In this document: piece after piece, positions 45,565-60,353 of the stretch
How the letters are laid out: the number at the start of each line of letters is the position of its first letter
Position numbering within the stretch: the first letter of the stretch is position 1
From: an uncultured SAR86 cluster bacterium
Lineage (GTDB): Bacteria > Pseudomonadota > Gammaproteobacteria > Magnimaribacterales > D2472
Assembly (NCBI GenBank): GCA_902601475.1
Contig: CACKNK010000001.1
Location: forward strand, 59,075 to 123,074
Length of the DNA: 64,000 nt
Direction of reading: 5' to 3'
The notes under the pieces: generated by a model
The model's input: only the letters and a program-made list of their open reading frames with translations
Told to the model about the DNA's origin: nothing
The model's database searches: none
Made by a program: the position numbers and the translations under genes

Positions 45565-47355
45565 TTGAAAGGCTTAGATAACGTGTCTGATGCCTTTCAT
45601 AAATTAACTTTAGAAACTCATCAACTGAAATGGGAGAATGATCTCCCATTTTCATTGGAGTCCAATGACATTTTTTTTCAAGTTGATGCATTGGACGAGA
45701 TTGAACATGTCTTCATAGAACCAAATCTAATTCTGCAAAGAGCCTCAAAGGATACAAATCTTGTAATTGGTGAGATTGGTTTTGGCTTCGGGTTAAATTT
45801 TCTTTCAACCTGTAAATCTTGGCTTAAAAATTCAAATAATGGTTTGCTGACTTTCATTAGCATTGATCATAAAGTCCCGACACAAACAGAAATAAAAAGA
45901 TTATTTAAAAAATTTAAAATACTTAAAGATCTTGAGGATGAATTCTTTGAATCTTTCGATCCGATTCATAAAGGGATAAATAAGTTCTTTTTTTTAAATT
46001 GGAATGTTGAATTAATTCTTTATATAGGGGATGTAATTGATGCAATAAGAGACCTCAATGGAGGCTTTATGATGGATGCATGGTATCTTGATGGCTTTGA
46101 TCCAAAAGCCAATCCTGTTATGTGGAGTGATGATGTATTGGATTTTATAAAAATTCATTCTCACAAGAATACAACCTTATCAACCTTCTCAGCTGCAGGT
46201 TTTATTCGCAGAGGACTATCAGAAAGAGGTTTTGAGGTTGAAAGAAAAAAGGGGTTTAAATTTAAGCGACATCATCTTGCAGGATCCTATTCTCAAATAG
46301 AACAAAAACAAACTTATAAAAGGGTTGCTGTGGTTGGTTCGGGTATCGCGGGATGTTCTACGGCCTATCATCTTGCAAAAAAAGGGCATACTGTCGAGCT
46401 CTTTGAGATCAATGGAGAAATTTCTTCTGGTGCATCTGGCAATCCCCTAGCGGCACTCTATCCTCGTTTTAATCCAAATGAGCAACCAATCAATACCTTG
46501 AATCTTTCAAGTTTTTTTTATGCCGATAGATTTTATAAATCTCTTAATTGTGATGCCTACTTCAGAACCGGGGTTGCATTTTTGAATCATGATAAGAGAA
46601 CAAAAAAATGGATTAAAAAGTTAAAGATGCTTAATAGGGAGGATTTATTTGTCTTCAGCGATGAAAAGAATTCAACTGGATATGATAACTTTGAGGGGGT
46701 AATTTTTAATCATGGTGGGTATCTTGATCCGGTAAAGATGAATGGATGTTTGATTGAGCATAAAAATATTACCGTTAATAAAAATTATGAATTTAAGAGC
46801 TTTGATTCGAATTCATCATCAGTTAAATTGCATTTTAAAGATAACAAAGAATTAACATTTGATTGTCTGGTTCTTGCTCATGGATCAGGATTAATTAATT
46901 TCTCAAGTTATTTAACGCTTTCAAAAGGCCAATTAGCTGCAGCAAAAATCTCTGATTCTATTCAGATGCCAATCAACTCCAATGGATACATACTTCCCCT
47001 AAAAGATGAAGTTAATTGGATTGGATCGTCCTATGAAAATCAATTTCAAAATATGGATGTAAATAAAAGTAAACTGCAAGAAATGATCGAATTTCAGTGT
47101 GATCAATTCAATCTGCAAAATGCTGAAAATGAATGTGGATCAAAAACTCAGATAAGGGTCATTTCAAAAGATAAGTTACCAATTTCAGGCCAATATAAAG
47201 AATACGAAAACGTATTCTTGCTAGGTGGTTTAGGCTCAAGAGGATTTTGTTATGGGCCTATCCTTGGGGATCATATAGCCAGCTTGATAGGCAACAATAT
47301 CAGTCCATTAGAAAAAATAGTGACGAATAGCCTTCAGCCAAACAGATTTAAATAG
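45565..47355 (+). CDS. mnmC: Bifunctional tRNA (mnm5s2U34) methyltransferase / FAD-dependent cmnm5s2U34 oxidoreductase
   Basis: N-terminal MnmD domain (EIGFGFGLNF, DAWYLDGFDP, FSAAGFIRRGL) fused to a DAO domain (VAVVGSGIAGCSTAY). TTG start as tracked, so the start is uncertain. Confidence 0.8.
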   Translation: MKGLDNVSDAFHKLTLETHQLKWENDLPFSLESNDIFFQVDALDEIEHVFIEPNLILQRASKDTNLVIGEIGFGFGLNFLSTCKSWLKNSNNGLLTFISIDHKVPTQTEIKRLFKKFKILKDLEDEFFESFDPIHKGINKFFFLNWNVELILYIGDVIDAIRDLNGGFMMDAWYLDGFDPKANPVMWSDDVLDFIKIHSHKNTTLSTFSAAGFIRRGLSERGFEVERKKGFKFKRHHLAGSYSQIEQKQTYKRVAVVGSGIAGCSTAYHLAKKGHTVELFEINGEISSGASGNPLAALYPRFNPNEQPINTLNLSSFFYADRFYKSLNCDAYFRTGVAFLNHDKRTKKWIKKLKMLNREDLFVFSDEKNSTGYDNFEGVIFNHGGYLDPVKMNGCLIEHKNITVNKNYEFKSFDSNSSSVKLHFKDNKELTFDCLVLAHGSGLINFSSYLTLSKGQLAAAKISDSIQMPINSNGYILPLKDEVNWIGSSYENQFQNMDVNKSKLQEMIEFQCDQFNLQNAENECGSKTQIRVISKDKLPISGQYKEYENVFLLGGLGSRGFCYGPILGDHIASLIGNNISPLEKIVTNSLQPNRFK

Positions 47356-47857
47356 TTTCTAGTATTAAACCAACTAAGTTTTCAGCTTTATCAATACTTG
47401 ATGGTTCAAAAACTGAACCAGGTCTCCATCTTGTTAAGCCTGTCCAAAGCGTTTTATCAGCCTCGACATCAAATATAGATATTCTTAAATAGAACTCATC
47501 GATTGATCGAATACGATCAAAGTCATAAGGTGATCTGTAATAGTAAGGATAGCGATAGTAATGTCCTTCGTCTCTAATAAATTCATCAGAACTCAGTGAT
47601 ATATTAATAACTAGATTGGCTTCATCTGAAATTAGATTACCTCTGTCAGATAAATTTTGTTTAACAGCTTGTTTAATAAAATCTACAAAAATTGGATCAA
47701 CTTTTGCAGGTATATCCCTATCGATTTTTATATTTAACGAAGCATCGAGAGGCAAGTCAAAAGCTTCTATTGCATTTGTTTTCAAGTACGGTCCAGTATT
47801 GCAGGCAACAATAAAAGATAAACACAGAAAATTTAAAACTAAAGAGTGAAATTTCAT
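47348..47857 (-). CDS. Lipoprotein, unknown function (possibly DUF4136-like)
   Basis: Lipobox LSFIVAC, ~150-aa mature domain. It overlaps the convergent mnmC by 8 nt. Confidence 0.4.
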   Translation of the reverse strand: MKFHSLVLNFLCLSFIVACNTGPYLKTNAIEAFDLPLDASLNIKIDRDIPAKVDPIFVDFIKQAVKQNLSDRGNLISDEANLVINISLSSDEFIRDEGHYYRYPYYYRSPYDFDRIRSIDEFYLRISIFDVEADKTLWTGLTRWRPGSVFEPSSIDKAENLVGLILETI

Positions 47858-47927
47858 AATTTAAATAAAAGATTAACTAATTTTTATTATAATGATTTAC
47901 TCAAATTTTTCTAAATAAATAATTAAT

Positions 47928-50761
47928 ATGTTTGAACTTATAGATACTAAGAAGGTGGATTTGCTAAATCTTAATGCAAATCTTTATCAACACTCAAAAT
48001 TCAAAACCAAACATCTTCATCTTGAATCAGAAAACTCTGAGAAAGTATTTATGGTTGCATTTAAAACTGTTCCTGAGGACTCAACTGGAATTGCTCATAT
48101 CTTGGAACATACAGCTTTATGTGGGTCGAAACGTTACCCTGTTCGAGATCCCTTTTTTATGATGCTCCGTCGATCAATTAACACATTTATGAATGCATTT
48201 ACCTCAAGTGACTGGACGGCCTATCCTTTTGCAACTCAAAACTCCAAAGACTTTGAAAATCTTTTAAAAGTTTACACAGATGCAGCCTTCTTCCCAAACC
48301 TTGATGAGCTGGATTTTTTTCAAGAGGGTCATCGGCTAGAGTTTAATGAAAATAATGAATTAGAAATAAAAGGGGTAGTCTTTAATGAAATGAAGGGAGC
48401 AATGAGTGCTCCGAGTTCGCAATTGTGGCATGGGATGACAAAGCATCTTTTTCCTGAAACTACATATCAATTCAATAGCGGTGGTGAGCCAAAAGACATA
48501 TTAAATTTAACTCATAATGATCTAGTCAATTTTCATCAAAGTCATTATCACCCCACAAATGCATCGTTTTATTCTTTTGGTGACATGAATGTCAAAGAGC
48601 TACAAGAATATTTAGAAGAAAATGTAATGAGTAAATTTGATCCGCTTGAAAGCGCATTAAGTGTTCCACTTGCAAAAAAGTTTGAAAGCCCAAAATATTC
48701 TTTTGAATATTATCAACCCACTGAAGATAAAAAAGATAGTAATCATGTTGTTGTGAGTTGGTTGCTGGGAAAGAGTTATGACTCTTTTAATTTGCTAGAA
48801 AAATATTTTCTTAGCAGTCTACTTATCGATAACTCCTCCTCTCCTCTACGTCATGCTCTTGAAACATCTGATCTTGGTTCTTCAATTTCACCAATTATGG
48901 GTCTGGAGCCAAGTAATAAAGAATTGGTTTTTGCGGTAGGACTTGAGGGCGTGTTACAAGACAAAGCTAAAGATATCGAAAAGTTAGTTATGGACTCTTT
49001 GGAATCAGCTTTGCGCGGAGGAATATCTCAATCAAAAATTGATGCGGCACTCCATCAACTTGAGATTAGTCAAAGAGAGATATCTGGTGGAACAATGCCA
49101 TATGGCCTTCAACTTATCCTAGGCGCTATGGGAGGCTGTATCCATGATGAAGATCCAATTTCTTTGCTTGATATAAATAAAAATATTGAGCTACTTAAAG
49201 AGAATGTAAATAGCAGTGACTATATTGATACATTAATTAAAGACTGCCTTATTGATAATAAGCATAGACTATTATTTGAACTCAAGGCAGATCCTGAATT
49301 TAATGACAAAGAAAATAAATATTACAAAGATTATCTTGCACAAAAGAATGAAGAGTTAGACGAATCAAGTAAAAAAGAAATCATAGAACTCTCATCTAGG
49401 TTAAACAATAGACAAAATCAGGTTGACGATGAATCAATATTGCCAAAAATAGAAAAAAAAGACATTCCTGACTCAAGATCATTTCCAGAAATCTCTTCTT
49501 TAAACGAAAAGAAATTTTATAAAGCAGGTACGAATGGGATTATTTATCATGACTACATTTTTTCACTGGAAGATTTGAATGAAGAAGAAATTGGTATAGC
49601 CTCTTTGTATGCATATCTCTTGACCAACGTAGGGTTGAACGATAAAGGCTATGATGAAATTCAAGAGTATCAATCTCTTATTACTGGAAACATATCAGCC
49701 TCGATTAAACCTGACATAAACCACTTAACAGGAGAGCAAAAATTATCCCTAATTATTTCAGCAAAATCTTTAGAAAAAAATGCATCAAAAATGAGGGACC
49801 TCATCATTGAATCAATTAATCATGCAAGATTTGATGAAACCAAAAGAATACAAGAATTAATTCAATACAGCATTGCAAGAAATGAAGAAGCAATAAACTC
49901 AAATGGTCATGGATTGGCTATGGATTATGCTGCAGGTGGAATATCTTCCTTTGCTGCCCTAAATGCATCAATGTTTGGAATCAAAAAGCTGCAGGGTATC
50001 AAATCAATTATTAATGAATATGGTATTGAAAAAGGATGTAATGAAGTAGTTGAAATATTGAGAAATATACATGAAAAAGTTAAAAGGAATCCTAGCAATA
50101 TATTAACCGTATTGTCAGATGCAAATGCTCTTTCAGAGAGTCTTGCTACTGATTCAAGCTCTCAAAATACTCAAACCAAAGTTCCAATTTTTAAAAACGA
50201 AACAGCTTGGATAATCCCTGCGCAAGTTAATTATTGTGCTGAAACTTTCAAAGGAGTGAATTTCTTGCATGATGATGCTCCAAAGTTATCTCTATTGGGT
50301 GCTGCGTTAAGGAATGGTTACTTACATACTGCTATCCGTGAAAAAGGAGGTGCTTATGGTGCGGGTGCAATGCATGATGCAAGCTCAGGAGTCTTTAAAT
50401 TCTTCTCATACAGAGATCCTAATTGTGGTGAAACCTTCCACGAATTTCAATCATCCATTAATTGGGTAAAGCATAATTTAAAAAAGAAACATCTTGATGA
50501 GGCAGTTTTAAATGTTATCTCAAGTGTGGATAAACCTCTGTCTCCTGTGGGTGAAGCCAAGTCAGATTTTTATCAAAACCTCAATGGAATTAATCATGAA
50601 ATGCGTCTGGATTATAGAAATAAAATCTTAAATACCCGATTGCAAGATTTACATGAAGTTGCAGAGAAGTATCTCACTACAAAATCATTTAAATCAGTTA
50701 TTGGAAGTAAAGACTTTGAATCTGACTTCAAGAGCCTTTCATTGCATCAAAAAGAACTAAG

Positions 50762-50765
<4 letters not shown>
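47928..50765 (+). CDS. M16C insulinase-family metalloprotease (PreP-like)
   Basis: Inverted zincin HILEH with downstream E (...NAFTSSDWTAYPF). The ~945-aa, four-domain length is typical of presequence-protease-like enzymes. Confidence 0.8.
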
Positions 50766-54081
<3,316 letters not shown>

Positions 54082-54082
<1 letters not shown>

Positions 54083-56265
54083 TAAGAGGCAGCAAGCTCA
54101 AGCGCTTCACTCACATCAACGGATACAACTCTTGAAACACCAGCTTCTTGCATCGTAATACCCATCAGATGATCACTTTTTTCCATCGAGATCTTATTGT
54201 GCGTAATAAATATAAATTGAACTTCAGGTGACATCGATTCAACCATATTTACAAACCGAGTAGTATTTAGATCATCTAATGGAGCATCAACCTCATCAAG
54301 CATGCAAAATGGTGCAGGATTAAGTTTAAATAGAGCGAAGACCAATGAAAGCGCTGTTAAAGCTTTTTCGCCACCAGAAAGTTGAGAAATATTTGAATTC
54401 TTCTTGCCAGGAGGTGTTGCCATAAGAGCAACGCCACTCGAAAGAGCATCACCTTCTAAGAGTCTGAGCTCAGCTTTACCACCTCCAAAGAGTGTAGGAA
54501 AAATTTCAGATATTTTTTCATTCACTGCCTTAAAGCTTGACTCAAATTTAGATCTTGATTCATTATCAATTTTTTGAATAGCTATCTGCAACTTATCTAA
54601 TGCCTCATTTAGATCATTAATTTGGCGATCCAACTCTGACATCCTTTCTGATTCAGATTTAATTTCTTCTGGAGCGGCCAAATTTATTGCTCCTAAAGAA
54701 GTAATTTTATTTTGTACAGAATTTAGATCGTTTTCCAAGCCATCAAGTGAAAGATTGTCATAGTCGTTGGGATCTAAATTCTCAATATTGACGTTATTTT
54801 TTTCTAATAATTTTGATGAGTTTTCTAAATTTATTTCAAAAGTCCTCAAATCAAGTTTATTCTGATTGATCTTTTCTTCTAAATTCTTTTCATCAATTTG
54901 AAGTAATCCCTTCTGGTTTTCTAAATGATTTATCTCATCAGTGACTTTAGATTGAGCCTGCTTAATTTTTAGCAATCCTGATTCAGATGAAGATTTCATC
55001 TCAACTTGTTTTGTAAGCAGATCTTGGGTTTCAGATTTCTTCTTAGAAATTTCATCAAGTTTTAGCTCAAGCTCATCTATTCTTTGCTTGAATTCTTGAG
55101 CAAAGTCTTTTGTTTGTTCTGAAGCAATATTCAGGACTTTGTGGAGAATCTCTTTTAACTGCAAAGCTAATTCTTTCAATTCGGTTTTGTTAATTGAAGA
55201 AATTAATTTTTCAAGAATATGAAGAGCCTTCTCTTTCGGGGACAATTCTTCAAAATCAGTAGCTTTTTTCATGGCATCTTCATAAGCCTGATTTGCTTTA
55301 ATAATATCGGTTTTAGTATTCGCTTCAGCTGAGGTAAGGTTTTGCAAGCTTTCTTCTAATCGAGCTAACTCAGAACCTACGCCATAAAATGATTTTTGAG
55401 CCTCATCGTAAGCAGCAAGAGTATCTTGATGCTCAGTTTTAATCTGATCAATCTTCGATTGAATAGTTAAGACTTCACCGTTAGCTACCTTAAGCTTACT
55501 TGTTAAATCTCTGAGACTTAAATTAATTTTATCTCTTTGGGTCTTGGCTGAAAGTGAATTCATTATTGAAATTTTGAGTTTTATGTCTGTTTCTTGAGAA
55601 CTCAATTTATTATATTTTTCTGCAGCTTTTGCCTGTCTTTCTAATCGACCAATTAAACGCTTAATTTCATCTCTTATATCTTTTACTCTTGAGATATTCT
55701 CTTTGGTTCGCTTAATCTTAGATTCGGTTTCTTTGCGTCTTTCTTTGTACTTGGAAATACCTGCAGCCTCTTCTACATAGATTCTCAAATCTTCAGGTTT
55801 TGCTGAGACGATCTTCGAGACCATCCCTTGCTCAATTATTGCGTAACTATTTGGTCCTAATCCTGTTCCCAAGAAAATATCTTGAACATCTTTACGCCTA
55901 ACCTTCGCTTTATTAATAAAATAGTTTGATTGACCATCTCTGGTCATTACCCTCTTAACAGATATTTCGTTATATTTTGAATATTCGCCGCCCAATTTAC
56001 CCATTGAGTTGTCAAAGAGTAATTCTATGCTGCACTGACCGGATGCCTTTCTTAATTCTGAACCGTTAAAAATTACATCTGCCATTGACTCGCCCCGGAG
56101 ATTTTTAGCTGATAACTCACCAAGAACCCACCTAACTGCATCAATAATATTTGATTTACCACATCCGTTAGGACCTACTACGGCTACCATATTTGTGGGG
56201 AAGGATATCCTCGTTGGATCAACGAAACTCTTAAAGCCAGCAAGTTTAAGATGTTTAAGCTGCAT
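54082..56265 (-). CDS. smc: SMC-family chromosome segregation ATPase, unusually short (727 aa) and without an obvious hinge
   Basis: N-terminal head with Walker A GPNGCGKSN. C-terminal head with signature LSGGEKALTALSLVFA and Walker B FCMLDEVDAPLDD. Only ~385 aa of coiled-coil-like sequence lies between them. Located in smc-zipA-ligA synteny. Confidence 0.75.
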
Positions 56266-56281
56266 GTATAGTTATTTTAAA

Positions 56282-57073
56282 CTATTGTTCCCTTTTAGAC
56301 CATTCAGAATCACTAATATTTACTTGCCATGGTGCGGACTCTATGGGCTTAGAAAAGTTAATATTTGACTCGTAATCATAAGTTCCATCACTGCATTTTA
56401 GTTCTACGACAATTGAGGTAATTTCTTTATTAAGTGCTGCAGATGGAATATCAAATCCTCGAACAACAGCGTTGGTCTTATCTAGCATAAGATTATTGTT
56501 TTTTATATCACTTAAGCTATCTGAAGACACAGCCAATGGTACTAAGGGTCCATTTTTAAGAAACACTTGTGTGTCAATAATTCCATTTATGCATTTAGGT
56601 TCATCTACTAAATTAAAATTAATCAGGACAGATGCCTGAGAATATTCCGGGTATTTGGTATCTCTAAGGTCTGCCAATAAATTAAAAGTATCAACTTGAA
56701 ACTCTTCTTCCTTAAAGTTTTGATTTATAAACTTTAATAAGCTTTCTGCTGAAATCAGTGAATTATTTGAAATGGCTTCATTTGCCTTTTTAGCTATATA
56801 TAAAAAACTTAATTCTTGACTCTGTAGCTTTGAAACTTCAGCTAACACCTCGAATGAAACATCAGTATTTGCAAAAATTTGTGAATCGATTGAATTTATA
56901 AGCTTAACCTCTCTATGAGATCCAATGATTTGATAGCTAGAGAAATAGGAAAAATAAATAAATCCATAGATCAAACTTGCAGATAATAAAACTACTGACT
57001 TGTGATTCACTCCTCTTGAAAACAAGTAAAAAAGTATAGGTATGAGAGAGATTCCAAATAATAAATACAGCAA
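56282..57073 (-). CDS. Membrane protein following ccmH; possible divergent CcmI-like component
   Basis: Two N-terminal TM segments followed by a ~200-aa soluble domain. It starts 1 nt after the ccmH stop. I recognise no TPR motifs. Confidence 0.3.
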   Translation of the reverse strand: MLYLLFGISLIPILFYLFSRGVNHKSVVLLSASLIYGFIYFSYFSSYQIIGSHREVKLINSIDSQIFANTDVSFEVLAEVSKLQSQELSFLYIAKKANEAISNNSLISAESLLKFINQNFKEEEFQVDTFNLLADLRDTKYPEYSQASVLINFNLVDEPKCINGIIDTQVFLKNGPLVPLAVSSDSLSDIKNNNLMLDKTNAVVRGFDIPSAALNKEITSIVVELKCSDGTYDYESNINFSKPIESAPWQVNISDSEWSKREQ

Positions 57074-57074
57074 T

Positions 57075-57479
57075 CTAAATCCTTTTTTTTAGGCCAAAAA
57101 AAATAATTATGGAAACGAAAAATATTAATGGCATTAACCAGAGAAACAAATTTTCTGAGAATGAAGGATTATAATCAGACTGCTTACCATATCTTTGAAT
57201 AACAAAATCTTTGATCTCTTGATCAGATTTTTCATCGAGGATCATAAAGTAGATTCTATCCTTTAAGTCATTTGATACCGGTGCATCGGAACTAGCAAGG
57301 CTTCCACTGGTGCACTTTGGACAACGAATCTCATCAATTAAGCTGAAAAATCTTTGCTCTTGATAGGAGTCTTCAAATTCATAAATGTCATTACCGAACG
57401 AATCTAAATGAAATAAAAAAAATAAAACAATTAAAGATTTTCTAGAAAAACTCTTCAAAATCTTGCCTCCACTTTTCAA
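57075..57479 (-). CDS. ccmH: Cytochrome c-type biogenesis protein CcmH
   Basis: IRCPKCTSGSLASSDAPVSNDLKDRIYFMI matches the LRCPxC...S.AP motif. C-terminal TM. The tracked start overlaps ccmG by 38 nt, so the start is uncertain. Confidence 0.8.
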   Translation of the reverse strand: MKSGGKILKSFSRKSLIVLFFLFHLDSFGNDIYEFEDSYQEQRFFSLIDEIRCPKCTSGSLASSDAPVSNDLKDRIYFMILDEKSDQEIKDFVIQRYGKQSDYNPSFSENLFLWLMPLIFFVSIIIFFGLKKRI

Positions 57480-57942
57480 TATTCAGTTCACCAATATGTC
57501 TTCTTACGATAATGCCATCTTTTAATAAATAAGTTTCAGGTGCACCCGTCACACCCAAATCTAATGCTAATGTTCCATAAAAATCATGTATTGAAATTTC
57601 ATATGGACTTTTGAAGTTTTTCAGCCAATTTATCGCATCATCTTTATTGTCCTTATAATTCAAACCAATAATGGGAACTCCTTTATCTTTTAAATCAATC
57701 AGAAATGGGTGCTCAACTCTGCAGGTAATGCACCAACTTGCCCAAACATTTATAAGATAAGTACCAGAGGAAATATCTTTTTCACTTAAAGTTTTGTCAT
57801 CAAGCGTTTGAAGTTGAAACTCTGGTAACTGTAAATTTAATGGTTGGCTCGCTTCATTTTGACTTTGAGAAATTACATAAGCAAAGAAAACAATTATCGA
57901 GATTGGAACTAATAGAAATATATATCTTATTTTGGATTTCAT
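57442..57942 (-). CDS. ccmG: Thiol:disulfide interchange protein CcmG/DsbE
   Basis: WASWCITCRVEHP (WCxxC) and GVTGAPETYL. Start set at the ATG at 57942 (MKSKIRYIF), which forms an ATGA overlap with the ccmF stop. Confidence 0.85.
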   Translation of the reverse strand: MKSKIRYIFLLVPISIIVFFAYVISQSQNEASQPLNLQLPEFQLQTLDDKTLSEKDISSGTYLINVWASWCITCRVEHPFLIDLKDKGVPIIGLNYKDNKDDAINWLKNFKSPYEISIHDFYGTLALDLGVTGAPETYLLKDGIIVRRHIGELNIEKWRQDFEEFF

Positions 57943-59828
57943 ACCATTACCCTTGATCTTATTAGTATCCCAAGAATCATTAGTAATACAGAAAACCAAA
58001 TCCATTTAATTAGATAATTAAACTGGACTCTAAAGGTCCAGCTCCCATCATCGAGCTGTTCGCCAATGTTGATATAAATATCTCTTAAAAATGTGGCTTC
58101 AATATCTGTTTCAGATGTAACTTGGCCCCTTGTGAAATATTTCCTTTTTTCTGGTGAAAAACTTATTATTTTGTCATGTATCTTCATATTGATTTGAGCA
58201 ATAATTCGTTGATGATTTGATTCATCCTGTAAAGACAAATCATCAAAACTAATTTCAAGTTCCTCACTGATATATTCCTCATTTAGATTTAATTTAAGGT
58301 TTTTTTCATAACTAAAGATAGAATTACCAGCAATAGAAAAAAGTAGTAAGCCAAAACCTAAATGGGATACTGCACTCGACCAGTTAATAAATTCCCTATT
58401 TACTGAATTCATTAGTAGCTTGAATGCGTAGATTGAAATTATAAAAATACCTGAAAAAAGTCCGATCATTTGAATCAAGCTAACACTGTATTGGTGGAGG
58501 CTTTGAACTATAAAAGTTAAAAAACATGATATTAGTATTGGAATACCTAATTTGGAAAGTGTTTCTGTGAGCTTCCACTTACGCTGCCATTTAGATTCAA
58601 CTGATAATGCTATGAAACATGCTGCAATGAAGATCAATGGTGCAAAGATTGTATTATAGTAAGGCGGACCGATGCTCACTTTTGTAGAATAAAAATATTG
58701 CGTAATTAAAGGATATATAACTCCCAGAAAAACTGAGAATATACTAGTAATCATTAAAATATTGTTCATTGAGAGGAATGATTCTTTCGAACCTGATACC
58801 ACAAGCCTTGAATTTACAATCTTGGTAGATCGGAAGCTAAACAAACCAAAGCTTATGAGTGCTATCACTCCAGTAATTAATAACAAAGTTAAGCCTCTTT
58901 GAGGATCATTAGCAAATGAATGAACGCTATCAATGATCCCAGATCTAACAATGAACGCTCCAAAAAGACTGAGAATAAAGACTGAAAGCCCCAAAAAAAG
59001 AGTCCAGGATTTGAGTACGCCTGATTTAGTGGATGCATGAATTGAATGAGTGAAGGCTGTTGCTGCCAACCATGGCATCAGCGCTACATTTTCAACAGGA
59101 TCCCAGAACCAATAGCCTCCCCAACCAAGCTCATAATACGCCCACCAACTTCCAAGTCCTATTCCTAATGTTAAGAATGCCCAAGCATAAAGGCTCCACT
59201 TTTGAATAATTGTTTCCCATCCTTGTCTAAATTCTCCATCTGCCAAGTAAGCACAGATATAAACAAATGGAACAGCAAAACCAACATAGCCTAGATATAG
59301 CATTGGGGGATGAATGACTAGTGCAGGATCTTGAAGAACGGGATTTATATCTCCTCCATTGATTGGAGCAAGTGGCAGTATTCTTTCAAAGGGTGATGAG
59401 GTTACTAGCAAAAATAACAAAAAGAATAATAAAACCATTGCAGAGAAAAAGATTACATACCTGAATAGATTAGATTGAGTATCTAATCTGTTAACGAATA
59501 GCCATAGCCACATTGAAAGAAACAAAATCCATAAAAACATTGATCCTTCATGAGAACTCCAAATCGATGAAATTTTGTAAAAGATTGGTAGATCTGAATT
59601 TGAATGCATGGCTATGTATTTCACAGAGAAATCATCCATAACCGCCAAGTAGACATATAAAATAAAAGCAAAAATCAAAAAAATCGTTGCTGCATTAAAA
59701 CAATTTAACGAAAGCCTAATTATTGAATCGGTACTACTTAAAGCGTTACTGCTTAGTATTACTAGGAAAGAAAATAAAAACAGACCTGCTGCTAATATTG
59801 TAAGCAAATGAGATATCTCAGGAATCAT
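57939..59828 (-). CDS. ccmF: Cytochrome c heme lyase subunit CcmF
   Basis: W-rich motif WGGYWFWDPVENVALMPWL, conserved His residues, ~15 TM segments. Confidence 0.9.
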   Translation of the reverse strand: MIPEISHLLTILAAGLFLFSFLVILSSNALSSTDSIIRLSLNCFNAATIFLIFAFILYVYLAVMDDFSVKYIAMHSNSDLPIFYKISSIWSSHEGSMFLWILFLSMWLWLFVNRLDTQSNLFRYVIFFSAMVLLFFLLFLLVTSSPFERILPLAPINGGDINPVLQDPALVIHPPMLYLGYVGFAVPFVYICAYLADGEFRQGWETIIQKWSLYAWAFLTLGIGLGSWWAYYELGWGGYWFWDPVENVALMPWLAATAFTHSIHASTKSGVLKSWTLFLGLSVFILSLFGAFIVRSGIIDSVHSFANDPQRGLTLLLITGVIALISFGLFSFRSTKIVNSRLVVSGSKESFLSMNNILMITSIFSVFLGVIYPLITQYFYSTKVSIGPPYYNTIFAPLIFIAACFIALSVESKWQRKWKLTETLSKLGIPILISCFLTFIVQSLHQYSVSLIQMIGLFSGIFIISIYAFKLLMNSVNREFINWSSAVSHLGFGLLLFSIAGNSIFSYEKNLKLNLNEEYISEELEISFDDLSLQDESNHQRIIAQINMKIHDKIISFSPEKRKYFTRGQVTSETDIEATFLRDIYINIGEQLDDGSWTFRVQFNYLIKWIWFSVLLMILGILIRSRVMV

Positions 59829-59829
59829 A

Positions 59830-60228
59830 TTATTTGCTTAGTTCCGGTGGCATGTAATTTTCATCGTGCTTTGCAAAAACTTCTTCGGCAACAAACACGC
59901 CGTTTCCATCAAAACTTCCCAACATAACTGCTCCGCTATCCTCTTTGAAGAGGTCTGGAGGAATTCCATCAAACTCAATATCTAGATCTTCTTCAAAATC
60001 AGTTAATACAAATAAAACCTTTGTATCTTCATACTTGATTGACCCTTTTTTCACCATTCCACCGAGTTTTATTCTTTCTTTGGGAAGATTATTTTTATTT
60101 AATTCGCTAGGTGAATAAAATAAGTCTAGTTGTGAGTTCAATGCCGACAATATCAGGAAAATACCTATAAAAGATGAACCAAGCAATAATAAGATATTCT
60201 GCAGTCTCTTTTTTCGATGAGGAAGCAT
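59830..60228 (-). CDS. ccmE: Heme chaperone CcmE
   Basis: N-terminal anchor, OB-fold, heme-binding FAKHDENYMPPE. Confidence 0.9.
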   Translation of the reverse strand: MLPHRKKRLQNILLLLGSSFIGIFLILSALNSQLDLFYSPSELNKNNLPKERIKLGGMVKKGSIKYEDTKVLFVLTDFEEDLDIEFDGIPPDLFKEDSGAVMLGSFDGNGVFVAEEVFAKHDENYMPPELSK

Positions 60229-60236
60229 TTGAAAAA

Positions 60237-60353
60237 CTATTTCCTAAGCTTATAAAACAAAAAAATAAATGATCCGGATAGTAAAATCGTTCCTACTGAA
60301 TAAACAGCCCAGACATAAATACCATGACCATTCATAAAAAGAATATCATCCAT
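60237..60353 (-). CDS. ccmD: Heme exporter protein CcmD (38 aa, absent from the ORF track)
   Basis: Hand translation of the minus strand gives MDDILFMNGHGIYVWAVYSVGTILLSGSFIFLFYKLRK*. The MNGHGIYVWAVY block matches the CcmD consensus (MGGY.FYVW.AY). It sits between ccmC and ccmE and overlaps ccmC by 8 nt. Confidence 0.8.
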   Translation of the reverse strand: MDDILFMNGHGIYVWAVYSVGTILLSGSFIFLFYKLRK

